Origin: Pseudomonadota bacterium
GTDB lineage: Bacteria > Pseudomonadota > Alphaproteobacteria > MED-G09
DNA length: 64,000 bases
Direction of reading: 5' to 3'
Assembly (NCBI GenBank): GCA_036163815.1
Contig: JAYZKD010000007.1
Span: forward strand, 305 to 64,304
In this document: piece by piece, positions 11,920 through 21,219 of the stretch
Layout: every line of letters starts with the position of its first letter
How positions within the stretch are numbered: the stretch's first letter is position 1
Made by a program: the position numbers and the translations under genes
The notes under the pieces: model-generated
Seen by the model: the letters and a program-made list of their open reading frames with translations, nothing else
Database searches by the model: none
What the model was told of the DNA's origin: nothing

Positions 11920-14034
11920 TTAATGAATTACCCTTTTAACTGAACTAATTTCCGGAAGTCCATTTAAGCTTTTAATAATATTTTCTATATGTTTTTTATC
12001 ATCTACATCAATATCTATTCTTAAATTATAAAAATCAGTATCTTTTTCTGTTAAAATTAAGTTAGAAATATTACCCCCATAATCAGCTATTGCAGCGCTA
12101 ATAACCCCTAATGAACCAACTTCATTAATTATGCTTAACATTATTCGTGCAGTAAAAGTAACATCTATTTCTTTTTTCCAATTCAATCTTAGCCATCTTT
12201 CAGGATTATTTTCATAATCATGTAATTTTTCATCCATAGCATGATAAATAGTTATTCCTTTTCCTGGTATAGTAATCCCAATAATATTATCTCCTGGAAC
12301 TAAAAAAGAATTCTTTTGAAACCTTACGGTCATATCAGGTAATAAACCCGATATAGGCAATGATAAGTTCTTTCCATAAAATCTTTTTCTTTTTGTCTTT
12401 CTTTTTGTATTTGGATAAACATGGTCATAAACTTCTGAACCTGAAGATTTCCCAGATCCAACAAATTGATATAACTCAACTAAGGATTTAACATTCAGTG
12501 GTCCAAATGATCTCTCCAAAACATCCCTAGTTGGTTTTTTTCTATGTGATGAAAATACACTTTTAATGATTTCTTTCCCTAATAATCTTTGATTCTTTAT
12601 TTTATTCTCTTTTATAGCTTTCCTAATAGAAGATTTTGATCTTCCGGTTGTAACTAGATCTTCATATGATTCAAGTGGAACAGGTGTTTTAGATTTGATG
12701 ATTTCTACTTCATCACCATTATTAAGCTTTGTTCTTCTTGGTTTTATTTCACCATTTATTTTAACGCCTGAACAAAAAAGGCCTAAATCGGTATGTAAAG
12801 CGAAAGCAAAATCTAATGCTGTAGAATCTTTAGGTAAAGCAATAAGCCTGCCTTTGGGAGTAAAGCAATATACCTGATCATGAGAAAGCTCTAATCTAGT
12901 ATTCTCAAGAAACTCATCTGTAGCACCATCTCTTTGTAAAATATCAATTAAATCAGCCATCCACGAGATAGAATTTAAATCCTTCTCATTAATAGATTTT
13001 TTATCTTTATAGGCCCAATGAGCCGCAACTCCTCTCTCATTGATCTCATGCATTTCTTTAGTTCTAATTTGGATTTCTACCCTATGGTTACTAGGTCCAA
13101 CTAAAGTTGTATGAATTGACTGGTAGCCATTCTTTTTGGGAGTAGATATATAGTCTTTAAATAAACCTGGAACAGCTTGCCAATTTTGATGTAAAACACC
13201 TAAAACAGAATAACAATCAAATAATTCATCCACATAAATCCTAAAACCAAATAAATCAGACAACTGCTCTAAAGACTTATTTTTGTTTTCAAGCTTCTTC
13301 CAAACAGAATAAATTGATTTTTCTCTACCAGAAACGAGAGCTTTTACATTATTTAATTCAAGTATTTTAGAAATCTTATCGGTAATTTCTTTTACAATTC
13401 TATTGTTTTTCTTTTTTGATACTTTAATTCTCTCAAAAAGAATTGAACGAATTTCTGGTTCAGTTTCAGAAAAAGCTAGATCTTCTAATTCCTCACGAAT
13501 TTCATGCATACCTATTCTTGCTGCTAAAGGCGCATAAATTTCTAATGTTTCCGTTGCAATTCTTTTTCTTCTATTTTTATTCTTTAAATACTTTAGAGTT
13601 CTCATATTATGCAATCGGTCAGCAAGTTTAATGAGCAAGACCCTTATATCAGAAGAACTGGCAAGAATTAACTTTCTAAAATCTTCCGCTGCTTTTGATT
13701 GGTCAGGTTTACTTTCAAGTTTATTTAATTTGGTTACGCCATCAACGAGCTTCGCAATTTCTTTGCCAAAATTATCTTTGATATCTTTTATAGTTGCTTT
13801 TGTGTCTTCAATTGTATCATGCAAAAGAGCACATACAACAGATGAGGTATCTAAGTTTAATTCAGCTAGTATATTAGCTACTTCAATAGGATGAGAAAAA
13901 TAAGGATCTCCAGATTCTCTTAGTTGTTCTCCATGCATTAACATTCCGAATTGGAATGCTTTTTTTATTGTCCTGGTATCAACCTTTGGATTATATGAGG
14001 TTATGCGATCGACCAAATCGTTTTCACGCATCAA
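11920..14034 (-). CDS. spoT: Bifunctional (p)ppGpp synthetase/hydrolase (RelA/SpoT homologue)
   Basis: HD domain (HPIEVANILAEL...LLHDTIEDT), synthetase motif GYQSIHTTLVGP, TGS and C-terminal ACT-like regions. Adjacent to rpoZ. Confidence 0.95.
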   Translation of the reverse strand: MMRENDLVDRITSYNPKVDTRTIKKAFQFGMLMHGEQLRESGDPYFSHPIEVANILAELNLDTSSVVCALLHDTIEDTKATIKDIKDNFGKEIAKLVDGVTKLNKLESKPDQSKAAEDFRKLILASSSDIRVLLIKLADRLHNMRTLKYLKNKNRRKRIATETLEIYAPLAARIGMHEIREELEDLAFSETEPEIRSILFERIKVSKKKNNRIVKEITDKISKILELNNVKALVSGREKSIYSVWKKLENKNKSLEQLSDLFGFRIYVDELFDCYSVLGVLHQNWQAVPGLFKDYISTPKKNGYQSIHTTLVGPSNHRVEIQIRTKEMHEINERGVAAHWAYKDKKSINEKDLNSISWMADLIDILQRDGATDEFLENTRLELSHDQVYCFTPKGRLIALPKDSTALDFAFALHTDLGLFCSGVKINGEIKPRRTKLNNGDEVEIIKSKTPVPLESYEDLVTTGRSKSSIRKAIKENKIKNQRLLGKEIIKSVFSSHRKKPTRDVLERSFGPLNVKSLVELYQFVGSGKSSGSEVYDHVYPNTKRKTKRKRFYGKNLSLPISGLLPDMTVRFQKNSFLVPGDNIIGITIPGKGITIYHAMDEKLHDYENNPERWLRLNWKKEIDVTFTARIMLSIINEVGSLGVISAAIADYGGNISNLILTEKDTDFYNLRIDIDVDDKKHIENIIKSLNGLPEISSVKRVIH

Positions 14035-14045
14035 ATTTTCCTATA

Positions 14046-14468
14046 TTAAAATGAACGCCTTGTATTTTTTTTATCATTAAGATTATCTTCAATAGCCTTT
14101 AACAATTCTTCTTCAGTCATTTGTTTCTGTTCAGGTTCTTCAGATTCTTGTTCAGAATTATCATTATCTTTAACATTTGTAGCCAATGAATCTTTTTCTT
14201 GAGGTATTAAAGGAATATAATCTTCATCTGCCTCATCAATATCAATTTGTGTTTGAAGACTTTCAATTAAATCTTCTTCTAAATCAGCAGGTTTTAACTT
14301 ATTTTCAGCAATCTCTCTTAAAGCAACAACGGGATTCTTATCATTCTCTCTTTCTACCTGTAATTCAGCCCCTTCAGTCATTTCCCTTGACCTAAAAGCA
14401 GAATAAAGAACAAGATCGAATCTACTTTCTACTTTATCTACACAATCTTCTACTGTAACTCTTGCCAT
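14046..14468 (-). CDS. rpoZ: DNA-directed RNA polymerase subunit omega with a long acidic C-terminal tail
   Basis: [30 protein letters not shown]-terminus. Sits in the rpoZ-spoT order. Confidence 0.95.
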   Translation of the reverse strand: MARVTVEDCVDKVESRFDLVLYSAFRSREMTEGAELQVERENDKNPVVALREIAENKLKPADLEEDLIESLQTQIDIDEADEDYIPLIPQEKDSLATNVKDNDNSEQESEEPEQKQMTEEELLKAIEDNLNDKKNTRRSF

Positions 14469-14575
14469 AATTTTATCCCTAAAAAACCCTATTAATCATT
14501 AAAGAACTCTAAATTCAAGTATTTAGTAAATATTATTTAATATAATTATTCCTATTAAACTAATATAAATTATTT

Positions 14576-15208
14576 ATGCCAAATTTAATAGAACCAAAAA
14601 AAAATTGCTCTAAGTGTAATCGATTATTTGAATTTCGGAAAAATAACAAAATTAATTATCCTAAATGGTTTAATGGTCCGGTTCCTAATTTTGGTAATAC
14701 AACTTCAGAAATAATGGTTGTTGGTCTTGCCCCAGGTTTAAAGGGAGCAAATAAGACAGGGAGACCTTTTACTGGAGATTTTGCAGGTGATTTGCTTTAT
14801 GAAACATTAGAAAAATTTGGCTTATCAAATGGAAAATATAAGGCAAATAAAAATGATGGATTAAAATTAAATAACTGTACTATTACAAATTCAGTACGAT
14901 GTGTACCTCCAAAAAACAAACCTTCCACAGAAGAAATAAATAATTGTAAATCATTTTTATTAAATACTATTATTAGTCATAAAAATTTAAAGGTAATTAT
15001 TGCTCTTGGGCATATTGCGCACAGAAGCATTATTTCATTGCACAATCTTAGACAAAATAATTTTCATTTCTCACATGGTAAAGAGCATTTTCTTGGAAAC
15101 TATACATTAATTGATAGCTATCACTGCTCTAAATATAATACTAATACAGGTAGGTTAACCACCAAGATGTTTGATGATATTTTTATAAAAGCAAAAAAAT
15201 TAATATAA
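14576..15208 (+). CDS. Uracil-DNA glycosylase superfamily protein (Fe-S type, family 4/5-like)
   Basis: Motif A GLAPGLKGANKTGRPFTGD. Cys residues C-x2-C near the N-terminus and VRCVPP. HCSKYN-type motif B. Confidence 0.8.
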   Translation: MPNLIEPKKNCSKCNRLFEFRKNNKINYPKWFNGPVPNFGNTTSEIMVVGLAPGLKGANKTGRPFTGDFAGDLLYETLEKFGLSNGKYKANKNDGLKLNNCTITNSVRCVPPKNKPSTEEINNCKSFLLNTIISHKNLKVIIALGHIAHRSIISLHNLRQNNFHFSHGKEHFLGNYTLIDSYHCSKYNTNTGRLTTKMFDDIFIKAKKLI

Positions 15209-15211
15209 AAA

Positions 15212-15700
15212 TTATTTATTCTTTAATAAGCGTGATTTTTGTCTTTCCCAGTCTCTTGTCTTCTTAACTTCTCTTTTGTCATGCATTTTTCTTCCTTTGC
15301 CCAACCCTATTTCAATTTTTGCTAATCCTTTTTTATTGAAATACATCTTTGTTGGTACAATTGACATACCTTTTTTCTGTGTTGATGCAAAAAGCTTATT
15401 AATTTCTTTTTTGTTTAATAATAACTTTCTTTTTCTTTTAGGATTATAATTAATTGAATTAGAATTTTGATATCTTGGAATATTAGAATTAATCAGAAAT
15501 ATTTCCCCCTCTTCTGCACTTGCGTAAGATTCTTTAATATTTATTTTGTTTTGCCTTATGCTTTTAATCTCTGAACCAGTTAATACTATTCCTGCTTCAA
15601 AAAGATCATCTATTTCGTATAAAAAAGTTGCCTTTCTATTATCTGCAATAATAGTTTTTCCAGTTAGAGATTTCTTCCTTCCTCCTGATTTAGAAGACAT
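15212..15700 (-). CDS. smpB: SsrA-binding protein
   Basis: IADNRKATFLYEIDDLFEAGIVLTGSEIKSIR and a basic C-terminal tail. 162 aa. Confidence 0.95.
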   Translation of the reverse strand: MSSKSGGRKKSLTGKTIIADNRKATFLYEIDDLFEAGIVLTGSEIKSIRQNKINIKESYASAEEGEIFLINSNIPRYQNSNSINYNPKRKRKLLLNKKEINKLFASTQKKGMSIVPTKMYFNKKGLAKIEIGLGKGRKMHDKREVKKTRDWERQKSRLLKNK

Positions 15701-16575
15701 TAGATTAGCTCAATATCATTAATTAATTTATCTAATAATTCTCTTGTTTCACTTCTAATTTGAACAAGAGGCAACCTTAATTCGTAATCAATTAGTTTCA
15801 TTCTGCTTAAAATATATTTTACTGGTGAAGGGCTTGTTTCAATAAATAGAGCTTTATGAAAAGGCATTAAGATATCATTTAATTTCTTTGCACCTTCAAA
15901 ATCTCCTTCTGAAAAAGATTGGTGCATTTCCGAACAAATCTTTGGAAATATATTTGCCGTTACAGAAATACATCCATGTCCACCACTTTTCATATATTCA
16001 TAGATCGTTTCATCTTCCCCAGATAATTGAAGAAAGTCATTAGCGCAGAGATCATTATGTTTTTTAACCCTAGAAATTTCGCTTGTCGCATCTTTCACCC
16101 CAATAATTGAATCTAGTTTGGAGATATTTGCCATTAAATCAGGTTGAATATCTATGACTGATCTAGAGGGAATATTGTAAACTATAATCGGTATTTCCGA
16201 TGAAGCATTATCTAAAGCTTGATAATGAGCAAAAATACCTTCAGGTGTTGGTTTATTGTAATATGGTGTAACTACTAGAGCAGCGTCTGCTCCAACCTTT
16301 TCCGCATGCTTTAAAAGATTGATTGCCTCTCTTGTCGAATTAGATCCTGTTCCTGCAATTACCGGAATTCTTTTGTTGCATTGATCTATTACTATTTCTA
16401 CAACCTTCTCATGTTCGGGATGATCTAAAGTTGGGCTTTCACCGGTTGTACCAACAGGTACAATACCATTTGTACCTTCTGAAATATGCCATTCAACAAG
16501 TTTTCTTAATGCTTCTTCGTCTATTTCATCATCTTTAAAAGGTGTTACTAAAGCTACGATTGATCCTTTAAACAT
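15700..16575 (-). CDS. dapA: 4-hydroxy-tetrahydrodipicolinate synthase
   Basis: GTTGESPTL motif, Schiff-base Lys context IIGVKDA, 291 aa. Confidence 0.95.
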   Translation of the reverse strand: MFKGSIVALVTPFKDDEIDEEALRKLVEWHISEGTNGIVPVGTTGESPTLDHPEHEKVVEIVIDQCNKRIPVIAGTGSNSTREAINLLKHAEKVGADAALVVTPYYNKPTPEGIFAHYQALDNASSEIPIIVYNIPSRSVIDIQPDLMANISKLDSIIGVKDATSEISRVKKHNDLCANDFLQLSGEDETIYEYMKSGGHGCISVTANIFPKICSEMHQSFSEGDFEGAKKLNDILMPFHKALFIETSPSPVKYILSRMKLIDYELRLPLVQIRSETRELLDKLINDIELI

Positions 16576-16617
16576 AGATACCTACCAAAATTAATTACTA
16601 TTTCTATATAAAGAATA

Positions 16618-17409
16618 TTACCTATATTCTCCAATGATAACATCATATTTATTTTTAACTGAATAAATATACCTCTTCATGGCTTCTTTTTTTAAACTAT
16701 TATTATAACCTTTAATTACAGATTGTTTAACTTCCTCAAATGGTAAGATCTCTTCTGGAAAAACCTCCAAGATATATATTAAATGATCTCCATATGTAGA
16801 TTCAAAAGGGCCAGACCATTTTTTATTTGCTAGAGAAATAAAATTATCTGAGAAGCCTTTACCAAAATCTGAATCTATTTCTAAAAAATTTCTTTCTACA
16901 AAACTATTACCAAGAATAAAAGGGTCTCCTTGTGGAAACTCAATATCGCTCATCAAATCCTTTAATATCATATTAATTCTTTCATTATTATCTTCTGATT
17001 TAGATAAAAAAATATGTCGAAAAGAATATCTTTTGTTCTTTTTATAAATATCTAAATTATCTTGATAAAATTTTTTCAAATCCGCTTCATTAAAATTTTC
17101 TATAAATTCTCCTTCTTTAAAAAATTCAAGTTTTTGAATTAATCTTCTTTTAATTATTTTATCATTTTTGTCTAAGCCTAGTTTTAAGGACTCCTGATAC
17201 AGGATTTCCTCTTCGATTAAACTGTCAACAATCATTTCTATTTCATTTGCATTTGGAGGTCTTCCCGTCTGATTTTCCCAAATATTTAAAAGATTAAGAA
17301 CTTCTGAATCAGATATATAAATTGTTTCCTTCTGAGATAGATTTACACCCATAAAGAGAACAATACATCCTAGAAAAACACCAATAAATATCAGATATCT
17401 TTTTCTCAC
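16618..17409 (-). CDS. Membrane-anchored periplasmic parvulin-like (PpiC-type) PPIase-domain protein, function unknown
   Basis: N-terminal TM helix (YLIFIGVFLGCIVLFMGV). SurA/PpiD-like helical part. Parvulin-like segment YSFRHIFL...FGKGFSDNFISL..KWSGPFESTYGDHLIYILE. Its start lies 1 nt after the upstream DUF3604 stop. Confidence 0.55.
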   Translation of the reverse strand: MRKRYLIFIGVFLGCIVLFMGVNLSQKETIYISDSEVLNLLNIWENQTGRPPNANEIEMIVDSLIEEEILYQESLKLGLDKNDKIIKRRLIQKLEFFKEGEFIENFNEADLKKFYQDNLDIYKKNKRYSFRHIFLSKSEDNNERINMILKDLMSDIEFPQGDPFILGNSFVERNFLEIDSDFGKGFSDNFISLANKKWSGPFESTYGDHLIYILEVFPEEILPFEEVKQSVIKGYNNSLKKEAMKRYIYSVKNKYDVIIGEYR

Positions 17410-17410
17410 T

Positions 17411-19423
17411 TTACTTAGATGGAATATACCAAATAGGAGAAGACCAAGCTCTTTCTTGGATAGTTGGTTTTAATTCTGGTCTTGGATTCGATCCAGCTCG
17501 AATAGCATCCCATGTTGACCATCTACAAGTAGGATTTTCTAAAACTCTTACATAATAAAAAGCCTTTACCTCAGGATCGAATTCCGGATCAGACCATGAA
17601 ATTTTTAACTCTTCACTGCCCACATTATCAGTAATAGAACAATCACTTATATTAACTTTAGCACCATTATCCGGGCATCTATTTGTTATCGGATCAACCT
17701 GTAAACTATCAGAACAAATAACATCATAAACTTTCTCTGAAGGTTCTGATGACCATTTGTCAACCCACCCTTTTATGATTTGTACTCTTTGAAGATTTGC
17801 CCCATTACTAGCTTTTTTCACCCAGACAATAAAATTAGGTACATCATTATTTGAATTAATAAGATTACCTCCCATCGGGACTCCCTTATCGTATAATTCA
17901 CTAATAAGAGAAGAAGAATTTATGTCTATTTCACTTAAGTTAAAACCACCAAAAAATCTTAGAAGAATTCTATTTCCGGTTGTTGCATAAGTTTCTTTTC
18001 TTTTAAAGGCAGAAAAGATTGACTCTCTTGTATTTTCTTCAGCCCATACAGCTGCTATCCCAGAAGCACTCCATTGACTAAACCCTGTTTCAAGATATTT
18101 CTCTCCTTGTTCTTCCGAATACCTAAAAACCCTTTGATCTTCCGGTACATTTATAAAAATATCTAATTGCTCCTTAGAAAGACCTACTGAACCTCGTCCT
18201 TGTGGAATTCCATCTAAAATCCCTACCTTTGAGAAATAATTACTTTCATCAAATGAAGAAGCTGCCGTATGGGTATCGCTAGAACCAATTAAGCCAAAAG
18301 TATAGGGATTTCCTCTATCTAATTGTTCAAGTGCTAAACCTTTTAAGAGTGCATCTCTTACATAACCTCCATCTGGTCTACTGTATGTTGGGGGTACACT
18401 ACCTACTCTTGAGTTCATTATTTCAAAATCTGCCCATTCATCATTTGGTGATAAAATGGGGTGCGTATCAGAAGTTCCTTTAACTTGGGTAACTTCAACA
18501 ATAGGTTCATTTCTCATTCTCTGAGAAGAATACCTCTCATCTATAGCCTCACCGTTTGATTTGTGCATCTCAAACATGCGACCATTAGAACCATTACTGT
18601 TGTGAGGTATTGCAAGTGAATCTATTCCCTTTTCTCTCCATTTATCCATAGTATTCCATAAATCCTCAGGATTTAGAGAATCTATTCTTGAATATGGTCT
18701 AACAGGAGCTTTCGAAGATCTAAAAATCACATTTCTATGAAGGTTTTCATTATCTATGTCAGTTGAGGCGGTATATTCATATGCTATAAAAGTAGTAAAT
18801 TTACCAGGATCATTGTGTTCTTCCGCTGCTCTTGCAACATCAGACCAAGCTGATTTATGCGTCTCATAATCAAATGCGTCTACAGCTAAAGAGTTATTGT
18901 TAGTTAAATAAGCTTTTAATAAAGAAAACCAACCTCCTAATTGTGCCCCAGCTCCGCTTCTTACTTGATCTCTAAAAAAAGTTATTCTTTCCAGAGCACT
19001 TTCAACTGTTTGGTTTTCCTTTCTGTTTAAATTGTGAAAAGGTTTAGCAGCTGGGTGTTTTCCTGCTCTTGAATTAGGATCAGCCCAACCATCCATCATT
19101 CCCATATAAAAACCATGATCAGTGACAGCATAAAAATCTAATGGCTCTCTTAATGTCATATCAAAACCTAAAGGGTGTTGGATGGTCCCACCTTTGGCAT
19201 ATTTGTAAGCATCATCGGGGGAATTTGTTGTTCCAAAAATAAACGCATCAAAAGAATATTTTGTATGAACATGCGTATCCCCAAAATAAACATTTCTATC
19301 AACATTGTAATCTTTACTCTGAATATATTCAGAAGAATCCTTTATTTTATAATCCTTAACTTCCTGAGAAGAATCTGAGCAACTCACTAATAATAAAACA
19401 ATAAATCCCGTTAAAAACTTCAA
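17411..19423 (-). CDS. DUF3604-family predicted metallo-hydrolase lipoprotein
   Basis: TTG start. Lipobox LVSC (Cys15). HxH motif YFGDTHVHTKYSFDAF. C-terminal signature NPTCRWSTWDA...ERAWSSPIWY. Confidence 0.75.
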   Translation of the reverse strand: MKFLTGFIVLLLVSCSDSSQEVKDYKIKDSSEYIQSKDYNVDRNVYFGDTHVHTKYSFDAFIFGTTNSPDDAYKYAKGGTIQHPLGFDMTLREPLDFYAVTDHGFYMGMMDGWADPNSRAGKHPAAKPFHNLNRKENQTVESALERITFFRDQVRSGAGAQLGGWFSLLKAYLTNNNSLAVDAFDYETHKSAWSDVARAAEEHNDPGKFTTFIAYEYTASTDIDNENLHRNVIFRSSKAPVRPYSRIDSLNPEDLWNTMDKWREKGIDSLAIPHNSNGSNGRMFEMHKSNGEAIDERYSSQRMRNEPIVEVTQVKGTSDTHPILSPNDEWADFEIMNSRVGSVPPTYSRPDGGYVRDALLKGLALEQLDRGNPYTFGLIGSSDTHTAASSFDESNYFSKVGILDGIPQGRGSVGLSKEQLDIFINVPEDQRVFRYSEEQGEKYLETGFSQWSASGIAAVWAEENTRESIFSAFKRKETYATTGNRILLRFFGGFNLSEIDINSSSLISELYDKGVPMGGNLINSNNDVPNFIVWVKKASNGANLQRVQIIKGWVDKWSSEPSEKVYDVICSDSLQVDPITNRCPDNGAKVNISDCSITDNVGSEELKISWSDPEFDPEVKAFYYVRVLENPTCRWSTWDAIRAGSNPRPELKPTIQERAWSSPIWYIPSK

Positions 19424-19436
19424 TTTTACCTCCTTA
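19424..19436 (-). promoter_or_regulatory. Consensus Shine-Dalgarno (TAAGGAGGTAAAA) filling the whole gap between tRNA-Ser and the DUF3604 TTG start
   Basis: The reverse complement of 19424..19436 reads TAAGGAGGTAAAA. The AAGGAGGT core ends 5 nt before the TTG. Confidence 0.65.
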
Positions 19437-19526
<90 letters not shown>

Positions 19527-19604
19527 TAATAATATATATTATTTAAAATGCCCATTTTACATATCAATGTAAAGTTATTAAAATACAACTTTAATGAGAA
19601 AATT

Positions 19605-19967
19605 ATGAACGACAAAATAACTGAAGAGCAGAAAGAAATTTTATACTCTTGTGGAACCGAGGTGCCTGGAACAAGTGAGTTACTTAATGAGAAAAGGTCT
19701 GGTGTTTATGTAACGGCTGATAAAGAGCTACCCGTTTTTAAATCTGATCATAAATTTGAATCGGGAACTGGGTGGCCAAGTTTTTACGATGCAAATCTTG
19801 ATAATATAATTCTTAAAGAAGATCGTTCCCATGGAATGATAAGGACAGAGGTTTTATCAAAATCTGGTGAACATTTAGGTCATGTTTTTAATGATGGACC
19901 ACAGCCAACAGGATTGAGGTATTGCATCAATGGATTAGCTTTAAAATTTATACCAGATGAAAAATAA
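19605..19967 (+). CDS. msrB: Peptide-methionine (R)-S-oxide reductase MsrB (zinc-less form)
   Basis: GTGWPSFYDA, HLGHVFNDGP and catalytic RYCINGLAL motifs. The ORF track starts at 19548, but alignment logic favours the Met at 19605 (MNDKITEEQ...). Confidence 0.85.
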   Translation: MNDKITEEQKEILYSCGTEVPGTSELLNEKRSGVYVTADKELPVFKSDHKFESGTGWPSFYDANLDNIILKEDRSHGMIRTEVLSKSGEHLGHVFNDGPQPTGLRYCINGLALKFIPDEK

Positions 19968-19970
19968 AAC

Positions 19971-20645
19971 TTATTCGTAATTCGTTCTTATAATATAAGA
20001 TGAAATTAAAGGACAGAAAGCAGCTGATAGACCGCTAATTCCAGATAATATTGCCACCTGCCTAAAGTAAAGCTCTTCTAGGCCACTAAATAAAATAGTT
20101 GATATGGCTCCAGAGCCAAATATTAAAACAGGTATAAATAAAGGAAGAATAATTATTGGCATAATCAAACCGTGCCATTTAATAGATAATGTTAGGCTTG
20201 CACCCATACAACCGATGAAACTCAACGCAGGAGTTCCAGCTAATAATGTAACTAATATAGGTAAAATTATCTCTTCATTGAGATTAATAAAGATTCCTAA
20301 AAGAGGTGTTAAAATAATAATTGGTAAACAATTTGAAAACCAATGAGAAAAACTCTTTAACAGCGAGAAATTATATAAAGTAATATTTTCAACAAGATAA
20401 ATATCTAGGGTCCCGTCATTATAATCCTCGTGATAAACATCCTCAAAAGAAAGAAAGCATACTAATATAACTGATACCCAAATAATCCCCGGTGCTATAT
20501 TAGTTAATATTTCTCTTTGTCCTGAAACACCAATTGATACTAAAAAAAGAATAGAAGAATAAAACATTAAGCAAAAAATATAATTTGCTCTAAAAGAAAA
20601 AGCCTTTTTTAATTCCTTTAATAACAATAGGTTAAAAATTCGCAT
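19971..20645 (-). CDS. ccmB: Heme exporter protein CcmB
   Basis: 224-aa 6-TM protein overlapping ccmA by 14 nt. Sits in the ccm operon. Confidence 0.85.
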   Translation of the reverse strand: MRIFNLLLLKELKKAFSFRANYIFCLMFYSSILFLVSIGVSGQREILTNIAPGIIWVSVILVCFLSFEDVYHEDYNDGTLDIYLVENITLYNFSLLKSFSHWFSNCLPIIILTPLLGIFINLNEEIILPILVTLLAGTPALSFIGCMGASLTLSIKWHGLIMPIIILPLFIPVLIFGSGAISTILFSGLEELYFRQVAILSGISGLSAAFCPLISSYIIRTNYE

Positions 20646-21219
20646 GATTTGATCCTAAATCCAAAATTAAATCAGGTTCTTTTGTTAATTTTTGGTGAGA
20701 AACAATAAGAGCTATACCGCCATCCATACAATGATGATCTATTTCACTATTAAGACTTTCTGAGGTCTTTAAATCTAAAAAAGAAAAAGGTTCATCAAGA
20801 AGCCAAATTTTTTTATTCGAACAAAATAATCGCGTTAAAGATAATTTTTGTCTTTGTCCTTGAGACAAATACTTACATTGAGTATTTAAATCTTTTTTGA
20901 GAAAAACTTTTTCCAGTACATTCTCATCAAATTTCTTTTGATAAAAATTAGCCCAAAAGACTAAATCCTCCTTAACAGTAAGATCGCCCTTAATAGCTTG
21001 ATTATGGCCTAATAAAAAAATTTCTTCACTATTATCTATTTCTATTAAGCCCAATTTAGCCGGTAAAATACCTGCTATTGCGCGAAGTAATGTTGTCTTT
21101 CCTGATCCATTTGGCCCTCTGATTAAAATCTTTTGACCAGCTAATACGGAAAAGCTTAAATCCGTGAAGATCGTTTTTCCAGAACGTTGACACATTAATT
21201 TTTCTACTAATATTTTCAT
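20632..21219 (-). CDS. ccmA: Cytochrome c biogenesis heme-exporting ATPase CcmA
   Basis: Walker A GPNGSGKTT, signature LSQGQRQKLSL, Walker B IWLLDEP. 195 aa. Confidence 0.9.
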   Translation of the reverse strand: MKILVEKLMCQRSGKTIFTDLSFSVLAGQKILIRGPNGSGKTTLLRAIAGILPAKLGLIEIDNSEEIFLLGHNQAIKGDLTVKEDLVFWANFYQKKFDENVLEKVFLKKDLNTQCKYLSQGQRQKLSLTRLFCSNKKIWLLDEPFSFLDLKTSESLNSEIDHHCMDGGIALIVSHQKLTKEPDLILDLGSNHANF

